The notes beneath the pieces are model-generated. The model saw only the letters and a program-made list of their open reading frames with translations. It searched no databases and was not told the DNA's origin. Positions 12,737 through 25,100 of a stretch of DNA of 64,000 nt are shown one piece after another. The position numbers and the translations under genes are program-made. Source of the DNA: Catajapyx aquilonaris (lineage: Eukaryota); assembly GCA_000934665.2 (NCBI GenBank), contig JYFJ02000875.1, forward strand, positions 1 through 64,000, written 5' to 3'. How positions within the stretch are numbered: the stretch's first letter is position 1; each line of letters begins with the position of its first letter.

Positions 12737-13049
12737 TCTCCTGTATGTCCATCAGATGCTACATGGGGTTATTCACTCTCCGTAACGTAGCGGTACGTAA
12801 CGCCCTGTGAACTATAAAGGATTTTGAAATTTAGGCACAGCTCACAGGACAAACCAGAAGTTTAAAGATGATGGGTTTGGATGAGTTGTTTCACCCTGGA
12901 GCACCTGTTATATAGTCCACTACTAGGTTTGCTTTGGTGAAGTAGAAAAAAAAATGCATGTTTGGTGCATGAATAACCGCGCACAATTTTCCAGCACTTA
13001 ACGTGCGTTCGGCATACCTTCGAAAAACGTCAACAACCGTTGTTTTGTT

Positions 13050-13951
13050 TTGGAGCAGGGTAAATTCCAGGTCAAAGTTGAATTCCTCCAAACTCTTCAG
13101 CACGTTTTATGCTCGCATAGCGAGGTAGAGTTCTCAACGAGTTATTATAATTTTTTGGTACAAAAATCGAACTGCGTACTTGAAAGAAAAATGACCTCCA
13201 TCAGCGGAGTGCCGGTGTCACCACAGGATCGTCTGAAATGCTACTTGGCACGCTGTGTGGTTCATGAATGTTTTTTAATGTTGTGAAGCATGCCGCTGGT
13301 GAAAATATGCGCCAGTAAATATCTACAGCTTAAAATTAACCTCTATAGACTGTAAAAAAGAAGGAAAATAGCGGAAGATGCTGCCTTGGAGGCAAAAAGT
13401 TTGAACATTTTCAATTACTGATTACCTTTTTTTTACCTGATGGACTCGGCTGAGGAAGAGGAGAACCGTGTTTTCTCTGGCATATAGGCCAAAAGCGTCA
13501 GCGCCAAAGAATCAAGCACTCTAATCTCGAGAAAGTAGCACAAGTATCCAGAACTCATAGACCTTCTTGACATTTTTGGATATCAACAATATAGTGGCAT
13601 TGTTATAAAAATTGAGCAGGTATTTATTTAAGAATGATACTTGAACAGAGTGCTATACTTCACGTGAGAATCAGACTTGGTGATTGACGTTGGTCCTGAT
13701 TTTTAGTGCGTGCTTCTAATCTGGAGAGACTCTTCGTGGTCGAAAGTGGGAGTCAAATGAATTACCTTTCTTTATATTAATTCTAGATGTCATCAACACG
13801 TTAGGTAAACCAACAATAATAGCATGTTTCCATGAAGTGTTGCAGGCATCGATAAAACCGCACACAAGAGTCTTGGTTTTATTACAAGTCCTAATATTAA
13901 TAATGCAATGGAGGTCATTCTTAATGATCATGCTATTAGGGTTGCATTGGG
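13050..13951 (+). mobile_element. Highly decayed 3' fragment of a LINE (Jockey-like) ORF2 ending in a (TAA)n tail
   Basis: Broken translation gives KFQVKVEFLQTLQHVLCS...ISGVPVSPQDRLKCYLA..., resembling the W..KVN..K..V.F...I.G..IP....VKYLG thumb region of LINE RTs. A later RL.RGRKWESNEL resembles the RRLKR.WP.DL end. It has many stops and frameshifts and is directly followed by a TAA microsatellite. Confidence 0.45.
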
Positions 13952-13961
13952 AATAATAGTA

Positions 13962-14033
<72 letters not shown>
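13952..14033 (+). repeat. (TAA)n microsatellite
   Basis: About 22 pure TAA units (13966-14033) preceded by TAG-interrupted units. It explains the poly-Tyr and poly-Ile ORFs in the track. Confidence 0.98.
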
Positions 14034-14078
14034 GGTAGAAGAAATACACATTCAAATGGTTCGGGTTTTTACAATATA

Positions 14079-14458
14079 CAGTGGAGCATCGATTATCCGA
14101 ACTTCGATCAACCGAACCATCGGTTAACCGAACGTTTTCGGGTCGGCAAAAAAAGAGAAAAAAAGCGAGATTTAGCCACCAAGAAACGAGCCTCGGCTCT
14201 CAAGAAAAAGAAACTGGCCTTCCCCCCCATAAACTGTAGGACTGCTTCATGTAAGGACAGTAAGGTACATGTACAGTATTTTAAAGACGTGCCTGTGACA
14301 GAAAATGTACAGTTTTGTGGTTAATATCACTGTTTCTTAGTTTCATATTGCTCCTATGACACTGGTACAATTTTTTCCGTAAATGATCGGTTATCCGAAC
14401 AATCAGTTATCCGAACAGCCCCATGGCAGACTCTGTTCGGATAATCGATGCTCCACTG
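14079..14458. mobile_element. pogo/Tigger-type (Tc1/mariner superfamily) MITE, 380 bp
   Basis: Perfect 24-bp TIRs CAGTGGAGCATCGATTATCCGAAC (14079-14102) / GTTCGGATAATCGATGCTCCACTG (14435-14458). TA TSD at 14077-14078 and 14459-14460. Subterminal repeats of T(A/T)(A/T)CCGAAC-like motifs. Confidence 0.92.
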
Positions 14459-16554
14459 TATAATTGTTTTTTAAATAAGAAAGGTCATTTTCACATAATG
14501 TAAATTAATCAAAGATAAACATGTAAACCAGTTACTATGGTATTACTCTCTGACAGTGAAAATGCTTGAACTGTGTACTAACTGATATGTCTTTTCCATT
14601 TGCTGAGTTTTATGAGAGGGACGGTCGGGGACAGTTCTAGACCAGAAAAACAACCATTTTCACAGATTAACATTGCACCTCCCAATATTGTCTCGCTCTG
14701 TTCACCATGGGGAAAAAACAAGCCGTTGGAAACAACTGCTTAAACAGAGTTCCAGCACCTATTTTTCTCATGCATTGTCATTAGTTGTGTTAGGCCTATT
14801 CAGAAAACCCCTTTGTTTTGTACGACTGGAAATAACATTTTCCGCCTTGGCGAATACCAGTTAGACCGAATTTCCACACTAGCACATTCAGTTGTGGCGA
14901 CTAACAATTTTGGCGGCATGAAACAACTAATTGTTGAGAGGACCAAGTAAAAGCATTATCTTGTCCGGATGATTACTAAACTGTGGAGTCGGTGCTTTGT
15001 TAACTTGGCGCGTCGGAAAGGGACGGTGGGGGGTATGGTCACAGGGTGGCGCTGGGGGTGTAGCGGCGTGCACAACTGGTAAATTTGAGTGTATGTGCAG
15101 CTCGTTTTATCTAGCTTTTCCGGGAGAGGGGGAAAATGAGGGTAATTACTGTATCCACAAGTGGGCCCCAGCAGCCCCTCCCACGGGAGGCACACTCGCA
15201 AACAGTATAAAGTGACTATAGGCGATTGCAATTATCAGCTGCGCTCCCCGATGACGTCCCAGCGCAGATTTGTTTTCATCTTCTCCGATATTATGGGGCA
15301 GCGTAGTGAAAGAGAGGGTGGGGGAGAGGGGTACCCCCCCCCACACAAATCAGAAGCAAATATCGCATCATCGAGCCGTTTGTTCCGGCCCATATTGAAA
15401 TTTTTGTTTTTTGATTACTGCTCTATTCTGACATCGCATTGTGTCTGATTTCAGTCGTCTACCCGATAAGGTTGGGTATAGTGTAGCATGCATCAAAAAA
15501 GTTTCGGACATAGGTGTCCCGCTGCTGTTCTACATGTAGTATCGTGAGGGCTATGGGAAGAAAAAAAACTTCACTTTGATAGACCGTGCTGGTTATATAG
15601 CTCAAACATTTGTCTTGCTCATACCTGGCCTGAAAGTGATTTCTTCATTCAAATAGAAACATTTTGATTATTACCCAAATACGTTTAACAAAATAGCATT
15701 TCTGTGGCAATAGATCAGATAAAGATCGGTGTTTTGGTGCATACAGAGTGCTAGTGAAGGTGTGAAGATCAAACCGACGATTAGCTGTACAAAGTCCTTT
15801 TTTATTACCTAAGCCATGTTTGGAGCTCTCGCACGCCGCATCGCTACGGAGGCATAAATTACTAGGATGTTAACCATGAGTCGCGATAAAACTGCTCTAC
15901 CTAGTCGCAATCAAGTCCCCCAACACTATTCTGATACCGAAAGTTCATTAATCTTGCAGAAGCCGAGGTGCAAAGTTGCCCCAACGCTAAAGAGCCCCCA
16001 CGAAATAGAGACATTGATAGTCCATGACGTAGCCAAAAACTACCTCTTTTTTTTGGAAAACAAGGAAACAAACCGTTGGCGAGAGCAGTCCCCCTGAAAA
16101 AGGTCTTTCCCCCCTTCACTACATTACCTCCATCTCTGGCCGTAGGAGGGGAAATTTGCCGGTTGTGAAAGATAAATGGTGGTGGTTAAAGGGGAATGGA
16201 GACACCCGGCTGTTCGGTCCAAGAAATACGGCGACAAAAGTTTATTGGAGAGGCAAAGTGTGTCAAAAATGGCCTGCATAATGGCCGCCTGTCACGAAAG
16301 AAGCAGGCCATGATGCATCATGCAGAAGCATCCTCTCCACCACCTCCGCCCCGTTTGCCTGGCCTGCCCGCCACCACTGCCACACACATATCTAGGCCTG
16401 TTGCTGCTGTAATCGATGGAGTGCCCTCGCTTTTTTATCACGTTTGTGCGTCGGAAATTTCCGAGTGCTTCCTCTTTGCCAAAGAAATGGATGGGACCAA
16501 GGGAAAGAAACACAGTCAATAAACATGTGGAGCTTTTTTTCTGGGGGGGGGGGG

Positions 16555-16561
16555 NNNNNNN
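16555..16561. other. Assembly gap (7 N) inside a poly-G run
   Basis: nnnnnnn flanked by G homopolymer on both sides. Confidence 0.99.
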
Positions 16562-17500
16562 GGGGATGGAAAAGGAATCAGAGAGCAATTATGGGATAAG
16601 ATTGTGTTTGTCTTGGGCTACTGCGGGATGGTCAGAACTAAAGACGATTAGGCCGGACCAATCATAGTGCAAACGGTGCTCTGAAAAACTGCAATGCACA
16701 GTGATGTGTGAAGAGATAAGTTCCATCATTGTTCCGCCATATTACTATAGGTGGCGCAGTGGCAGGAATTTTTTTCTCCAATAGTGACAAAGCTACATTT
16801 TTATGCACATTCTTGTATCCTGCAGGGAACGCGCGCGCAAACAGCATTGAAAAGGAGCACTCTGCGCGCTCCATATACCTTCTGGATGTTCCACTCAGAA
16901 AACAAATTTGCTTTATCCCAAGACAAACAAACTAACCGGTCATGCTTTCGTGAATAAACAGTACTCGATGGGAGGGAGGGGTAAAAAAAAAATCGGCATG
17001 GAAACAGTGTGCGCACACGCCGTTTTAATTAGGCGTTTGGAGCATCATGAATTTTGTACTCCGGTAATGAAACAGACGTGACTTGGGAATATTTTTTTGA
17101 ATTTTTCTGTCATTAGCATTCTGAATGCAGAACGTGGCCCTGTTTAGCTTGATCTTGCTGTGACAGGTCAGTCGCACCGAATCAACCCTACCAACCCCAT
17201 GCTCACCAATAAAAAAAAGTGGAAACACGTCAGTGTAATGACATATTGTGTGAGCAATAATATGTGCGGGGGACAGGCCATTACAGAGATGACGCAGGAC
17301 ATGGAATATTTTAATGTGGGGGGACCCGCGTGTAGCACTTGCATAATGGCCTTTTATTTTTATTTCCTAGCACCAGCAGTCAACATGCTGCAATTTCATA
17401 TTGCTATCTAAGGGACTTTCGCGTTGTGCATCGGACCCTGTTTTATTTTAGGTGCTAGAGCATGTGCTACTATATCAGAAATGGAATTATATCGATCCAA

Positions 17501-17715
17501 CTGTGCGGTATAGTCTAGTGGTTATGCATTCAGGCTTCCATTCGAAATGCCCTGGGTTCAAATTTCGGGGCCTGGGTTTCCTTGAGTAGCCTATACCACA
17601 ATCACTTAAGAGAACAAAAACCTGCTCCTCTAATTTGGCAAAATAAATAAATGCAAAAAACCTCCCCTAGAAAGACTCCCATTTCCTATACAATGTGGTG
17701 AAAAATTACTAGTGC
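17501..17715 (+). mobile_element. tRNA-derived SINE (family 2, Gly/Glu-like head)
   Basis: A box TAGTCTAGTGG (17511-17521), degenerate B box GGTTCAAATTT (17555-17565) and an A-rich 3' part. An 11-bp direct repeat TATCGATCCAA at 17490-17500 and 17716-17726 is consistent with a TSD. Confidence 0.68.
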
Positions 17716-17854
17716 TATCGATCCAAACCTGCGTCTACTCTGATAAAACAGTGTATTGAAAAGCCCTTTAAGAACCTTATTTGCTACATACTGTATATTC
17801 CGTGCATCCAGGCCACCCATAGCCCACTCGCCTGGTATAGCTTTTCCTGTGCTC

Positions 17855-17895
17855 TGCCCCGGCCCCTGCCCCTGCCCCTGCCCCGGCCCCTGCCC
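17855..17895 (-). repeat. (GGGGCA/GGGGCC)7 hexamer repeat
   Basis: Plus strand reads TGCCCC GGCCCC TGCCCC TGCCCC TGCCCC GGCCCC TGCCC. Confidence 0.95.
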
Positions 17896-20800
17896 TCCCC
17901 AGATTAGCCTTGTAGCCTGGATCTCACCTGCCACATCCACCAATCACCCATTAATATTTGATCAACCTCATGGATTAAATATCGCCTACCTCCTACTCTA
18001 ACCGACTTGCCAGTGGGCCAATAATATCACAAGGTAAAGGCCACACAGCCAAGGGGATGGCAGAAAAAATTAAAACTTATAATACACATTGTCATAAAAA
18101 TTACAACCCTGCCTATACACGCTCCATTGTCTGAATCTCTCAATGCACCTTGATTGGCCGCATCTCTCTCCCTGATTGGCCGTTAGCCTGCAGCGTTGCC
18201 AATTCGTATACCTCCAGGTGTAGCACGACCGGCTGAAATGTGGTCTGGAAGTGCACTTAAAGAGTCTACTGCAAGCTAGTCGGCTTCTTAGGGGAAGCAG
18301 CGACGGTCATCTGTGTTAGGTCCCCAAACGTCGCACAGTAATGAAGAAAAACGGCGAGGTGGTGAAGGCAGAGAAGAAAAGTGGCGGTAATGGGCGTTGG
18401 ATGGTAGTGGGAGGGGGAGATGAAGGCAATGTTGTAGGGAGGGGCACAGGCGGAGGTGGCGGGGATGAACCGACGCGACGTAGCTTCCAGCACAGGAACA
18501 GAGACAACAATTAATTTCCTCGCCAGGGGCCAAGTAATATAAGTTGGGGTCCCGCTGCATGGAACAGTCGATAATGTCCATTTCCGGGGAAGAAGATGTT
18601 GAAAAGGAACTTTTCCATAGACTTGAATTGAAGGAGCGGTGAGGAAATGACATTTTGGGGTCGTCGCAAAATTTCTAGCACAGTCAACCCCCCAACCAGC
18701 TTCCATCGTGTTTATCGGCGGTCACAATGGCACGCTTCCGAATTGATAAATTGCCGGAAAAGACGTGAATAGTGCGAAGAATGAGTCGACTGGTGGTGCC
18801 TGTCTTTATGCTGGTTGTGTGATGGCTTCAGGGGGTGTTGGAAACAATGTTTGAAAAGGTAGGAACAAGAAAAGCAACCCACTGTTTCAAATTTGGGGAG
18901 GCCGGTTTTGATAAACCAAAGTCTAGGAAGTGATTGTACCGGAAGGTACAATGAGCTATCTGTTAGGACACGGGATTAGCTCCTCTCGCTGTTAAGTCTG
19001 TTGAAAAATAATCGGCTTTATCGACGCGACGAAGCGACTGACATATTGCGGGTAGCAGTCTCCGTCCGAAAAAAACGTGGCGACCAGTGTTTCCCAACAC
19101 GGCCACAAATCCAAATGCCATTACAATGGCTGCATATGCATAAATAGTGCAGGCTGGGAGTCTGTAACGATGACAAAAACTGCCCAACTGGGGCAGAAAG
19201 GACGCAGGGACATGTACGTCGCATCACTTGCAGAAGCCTCGTCACGCAATTATCTGGATGATCCCACCCGAATTCAAATTCACCAACTCGAATTGCAACT
19301 GGTTCCATTCAGTCCTCCCAAAATATTATAATGGTGCACCCAGCTATGCATCAGAGCTGAATTATTGCACAACAATAAGCTGGGGGGTGGGGGAATAAAA
19401 TAATGTCGCATCCACCAGTGGGCGGGATGTATGAATGCATGATCCTGCTAATGGCTTCCTAAATGGGGGTAAACAAGTAATGAGTATATTTTGCCTGGGA
19501 CCTCTCGGCAATCTCGCTATTGTGCAACATTTACAGTGGTTCGGCCATGCATTAAATAGCCGTCCAGCCGCTACAGATGGTTATTCGCCCACAAATTTAT
19601 GCCTGCTAGAATTAGTTTAGAGAAAAAAATATAGTTACGGACATTTTTGTTCTACACCTGTTAGCAGAATTATTTGATAGAAAACAGTTAGGGACATTGA
19701 CTTTTGCTCCACGCGCCCTGGGATGAACTTATTGCGCTGATCGATTGCCTAACTCGCTGATGAAATTTTAAGCTTGTTTCCTACTAAACCTACATGTGTG
19801 ATGAGGCGCGCTTCATACAATGGAAATCACTTAAATCCATTAGTACCTTTGGGTAATTAATTTACCCTTGCGGGACTAGCGAAATCCCATGGCAGTATTA
19901 AGAGCTTTTGTTCTCCTTCTCTCTAATGGCTTACGATCACAATAGAACAGTAGCAAGTAATCAATGGGGGGGAGAAGGTAGCAGGGGGACTGCTGGAAGG
20001 AACCTAGTGGATGATCGGGAATAATGAATCGATAGTATTTACATGCATGTACACCAGGTACCAGTCAAAAATCTGTGCCCCCGCCTGTTTTTTTATCAGC
20101 AAATCTTGTCACGGAGCAAGTGGAGTAGGTTTTATCCAGCGAAAGGATCTTGATTGGATCCCCTGTTAGTTCTGGCTGGGTCCAAAGTCAGCCTTGCAGG
20201 AGACCGGTGTATCAGGAAGCAGTCCCCCGTGCTACCAATGCCAATCATGACCTATTTCTAGGACCCCCCTCCACATACCCCTACCTCCGACTAGAATACT
20301 TCCTACACTGCAACAAATCTCATATTGATCCTTTTCCACACCCCTACCCTCAAAATACATGCTGGATTTTTACATTTTTTGTGTGTGTCCTAGGGGTCTG
20401 GAAAATGTCCCTTGGCTCTATGCATATACCCTGGTGCTAAGTGCCAACACGTGTATGCCATTGCGTCTAATGTTGTTTATCGGGTTCAGTCGGCTCCGGT
20501 CTTGTAAATATGACGCTTGTCCATTAGATTTAGGGGGCTCTGGTACATGTTCTGTGGGGGATGGATGTAGGCAGTTTTGAGGGTGAGGTACGGTTTTAGG
20601 AGGGTATGACACTATACAGAGTGAGAATCAGACACATGTCGGTCATGGGTCTTTTTTTACATCATAATTGGGAAGGGGAGAAAATATTATACTAGCATTC
20701 TTTTTCAGTATGTTCCACTTCATTGGTATTGTGTCACTAATGGTCGGTTGTACGAACGCAAATTATACAGCCGGAAAAGAGGGCATTTCAAAAGAGAACA

Positions 20801-21982
20801 TTTTTGCACTGTCGGGATTCGAATTGTATGAGAGCGGCATACAAGTGTCCAATTTTAAAATGTGCTGTTTTGCTAACTGATCCAATTGACCGTATTGTAA
20901 TGAACTTACCCTCGTCTCTTTTGCTCAGGTTTTGCCCGGGGATCCGCCCCTTGGTGCAAACACAATTTTTTGGGGCAGTCCTGGCCAATCCAGGCAGATA
21001 ATTATGTGACCGTACGATATAAGTATGGACACAGTATACGAGGTAAGTCGAGAAGCGGTAATATCTGGAGGAAAATCCAATTTTTTGAGGAAGTAGATGG
21101 AACTCGGGATATTTACGTTTAGACGAGATCGTATTGAAGATTTGAGAAATGTGAACCTTACAACGATTTCTGTACTCATACGATATATTTGTGCCAAGAC
21201 AATGTCGTACGCCTGAAACATGTGCGTGTACTGGCAGATATACCGTATATTTGCTTCCTGCGATATAATCTAAAATCACTTTAAAGTTGTGGCATTATTA
21301 ACCGCATTAAAAGCTTGCAACGTTAATGTGCAAATATGACTGCCAACGCACTATGCTACTCATTTTGAAACTTTGGGTGGTGAAAGCCTGCTGCGTAAAC
21401 AATTTTGGATATCGCGGGTGTGGTAGAGTTGGATTTAATGCAACCCGACGAATTAAAATGTGAACAATTTATTACATTTGGTTTTGCCTATCACATCAGT
21501 CGGCCGCACGGCACGCTATTTTCCGCAAACTCAAATTCCATCAGGAGAGCACACTAAATGCATTAGTCCACATATTATTTATCCTTTTGTCACATCATAG
21601 GCACCATACATGTAGATTACATCATATATTCTGCATGTAATTTAAGTGGTGTCGTATGCCCATTTTTCCTTCCGTGAAATGCGCGCCATACCGCCTAAAA
21701 AGGGAGGGGAGGGGGGGGTGCTGTGTGCAATTCAAAGTGCAAATGAATGCAAACAAGGCGTGCCCATGTGACTCTACAAGCGATCCCACTTGATGCATGT
21801 ATTTTTTTAAAAAAGCTAGTGTCGCCGCGTGACCAATCATACAACAATAATTAAAGCAGCTTGGAGAACATCATTTTTATGCCCTTGTGGCTCTACGGCT
21901 AGGCTTTTAAAGGTAATCGTTTATGGTAAAATTGCCAGTCTGCATATACAGTAGGTAGCTGCACCATATGGTGAGCAAACAA

Positions 21983-22180
21983 GTGGAAACCACTGTTCAA
22001 AAAAAAAAACAGTTTCGAGATAATCCAAAGCAAAGATGCTATAGTGAAGACAGTGGCTTCCTGGCTCATTATGAATCTTGTATTTACTGTACCCCCCCGG
22101 GCGATAAAGCATTTATGAAATTTCATTTGTATGCACACAATATTATTTTAAATGTTGCATTCGGATAGAGTGGATTCAGT
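21983..22180 (+). mobile_element. MITE-like dispersed repeat, copy C
   Basis: GAAACCACTGTTCAAAAAAAAAAACAGTTTCGAGATAATCCAAAG...CTGGCTCATTATGAATC, with right-end remnant AGTGGATTC. Boundaries are approximate. Confidence 0.6.
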
Positions 22181-25100
22181 TCTATTCTAGTAAGAAAGGA
22201 AAGATAGAGGCCAAGAAGAAATTGGATGACTGTGGCTCAATCTAGTTTCATTAGCATCAATGCATGTGTCGGTGGATAATTTCCATGGGATGGAAGCTCG
22301 TGCCTGGAGTCTCCAACTTCCCTTCCTTCCGACCTTCCTTTCCCTGGAAGCCGAGCTCAGTTACGACCACCAAAATAGAGCTTCGTATCCAGGGCCAAGG
22401 AGATTTCTGTGGGAGTAACCCTAGAGTCCAATGGAATTAGGCCGCATAAATAGTTGGCAACAGTATTTGGGAGGGTCGCGGAAATGGTCTTTATAGAACG
22501 CACTTGGCGGAGGAACTCTGTGGAGGCGTGGTCACTTGGAATTCCTTCAGTGTCGTTGTATTTTATTTTCCCCTTTTCAAGTACACTCGTTCAGTCTGAT
22601 GGCTGGTGTATTGTATCAAACCAGACGGATCGTGCAGCTAAAGGAACTAAATGGCGGCACTGAGATATACAGGGTGCATATGATACGACTGATGTACAAT
22701 TAAAGCCATTTTGTCATCAAAACTACAACTCAACAAAAATAGCATTGATTTGTCCAAATTGAATATAATTGAACAACCAGGCAACACTGCAGTTTTTTGC
22801 CCCATCTTCCGTCCAGACAAGTTAAGTTAGTATAATTTACAAGTTGCGTCCACTCGAGATAAGGGAACTCTGTACTTGAATTCTCCACTTCCTCCAGGCC
22901 ACAGCTGCTAATTAATCTGCGCGGTTGCATTTCAAAGCGAACTTATCGGCAACATGGCTCCTACAATATCACAGTACAAAAAATACTAACCGAGTTTTAA
23001 CATATTATGCTCCAATACTTTCCATACAAGGCGACGAGGTTTATTTGGTATATCCGATGAAAATTATCCACTGCCTTTAATGCAATTCAGTTTACACAGC
23101 GTGTTCTAATGAAGAGAGAGCCAAATTGAAGACATTATCGTAATTGAGAGGAGGTGTACTTCCAAGCTCCGTCTGCAAATCGTAAGAAATATCGATTCGC
23201 TCTGTACATGCCGAGAAAATGGCTTCTTCGAATTGTCCCAATCTGGCTGTCGTATCTGTCGTTCACGCTACCAAGTCCCAGATCTTTCAAACACAATTAG
23301 TGCATTAAAGTCCGGCCCGAATATTCCAGCCTTGGGAAGGGCTTCAACAACATGGAGACAACAACTGGCCTTCCGTGACCACTCTTAGCTGGAAGCACCA
23401 ACATCAATCTTCATCTGAGGGGGTTGACATTTTCCCAATAGCCCCTCCGGCTGTGTCGTCAGTTGCGCTCAGCAGTGCTACTGTACCTGATGCCTACAGT
23501 ACAGTGCCACGAAAAGGTGTGTGGGCATTAGGCTCGATATACAGGGTGTTCCAAATATTTGGACTAATTTTCTCTACAATACAGTTGGTTTCATCTAGTA
23601 TCCCTGAACCTGTGCATGGGTATAGCGATTAAAATATTTAATGCCCTCCTGCTAAGCAAGTTTGTAAAGAGGAGAGAGCCGGCATTGTAGAAGCGCATTT
23701 GTTAGGGAAACAAAAATGCAAAGGCGCTCTAAATAGTCGGGTGATTGAGACAAACGCTGGCATTAAAAGTTTCCGCGAAGGCAGCAAATCCCAGGCTGGA
23801 ATTGCCCGCTGAGCCCTTTTTAAGAAGAGCAAAACTCGTTTCAAACTGGATTTCAATTCCACTCTTTTAACTGCACTAGCGTACGCATTAAGTAGGGTGG
23901 GAGGTGAATAAATTAAGATGCCTCCAGGAATAAACTTGGCCCATAAAACACGAAACACACATTCTTAATGACGATTTGATGACATGAAATATTCACCGTT
24001 CTACCCTATACCACCCAATCCAAACTCCTAGAATCTTAAATCTCGAGTCATATCGCTTGGCCTCTCCTGCTGTTTTCAAGTGTTTCTCCAGTAAGTGGTT
24101 CAAATGCCTCCATCTAGCTGCAGCAAAACAAGTTTGTGCATACCGTATACATTGAAAAGAGAAGAAATGGTTGCAGTAAGCAAAACTATTTGGTTGAGCA
24201 AAATTATATTAGTCACGATTGGGTGAAATAACCAAAATATTTAGCTTGATTGGTATGCAATATTGTTTCAACCTAATTTTGAGCAAACACCAACCAAATA
24301 TTTGTAATGACATCCAAACGTATTATTGTTATTCAATCAATTGTTCATTTGGTAGAATGCAATATATTATTTTGGTTCGTTCAACTATAAATTTTTTAAG
24401 ATTTGATTTCGACCAATTCCGACAGAAATTACCAGCTGTCCACCTATTTGGGACTTGTCACCCCCTACCGAAATTTACAACTGCTCTGGCAAACTCGCCA
24501 AGTAGAAATTACGCCGCGACGGTCGAAAAACCTTAATTTCGGGGTTGGGAGACGTGCGATAAATAATTTAGTGTCATTTAATAGCGCCATTCGGAACGCT
24601 CTTTTGTAAGCACAGAAATACAATCTGGGAGGGGGGGTGTTTAGAAAGGGGGGATTGATCCGCAAGTCCATTGAAACCGTAAACTTGGGGAAGCGATCGT
24701 AAATCACCACCCTTGTAATTGCGCTCAACTTATCTACCGGTCAGGAAGGCGTATTTTCCTCCATAATGCAGTACATGTACACTTTTTGTATAAAAAAAAT
24801 GGCTCTCCCTGTACCTATTTTATCTCGGCTTTCTGGCCCACGAAGTCAACTTTGTAACTGTCGTTTTGGTGTCGGAGAGAAAATGTCAGTGCCGGACACG
24901 CTATTACCGTAACTGTGCACAGGGAGGAAATGACAAATGGATCCGTCTGTTCTAATTTTTGTTATTGTTTGCTTCCGGTGGAAAAATCCAAGCATTTTTT
25001 TGATCCGCACCCCCAAAGTGTTGAGAGTGTCGTGAAGCCAGGGTAAAGTCATTTGACCAGAGCACCAGATAGCAAATGAGATCTGTCAGCGCCTGCTTGC

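Noticed and set aside
13716..14324. Poly-Tyr and poly-Ile ORFs (also 50329-50772)
   Set aside because: Artefacts of the TAA/ATT microsatellites.
18963..19187. ORF with TM-like segment ACTIYAYAAIVMAFGFVAVLG behind a strong acceptor
   Set aside because: The TM frame needs a phase-0 acceptor, whereas the Beat-like donor at 39557 is phase 1. It would require an unidentified intervening exon.
20800..20890. Minus-strand B-box-like TTCGAATCCCG with a possible upstream A box
   Set aside because: Too degenerate to call a tRNA or SINE; no tail or TSD.
24149..24405. Scattered TTGGTTG/CAACCAA motifs suggesting an old foldback element
   Set aside because: Termini and TSD cannot be defined.
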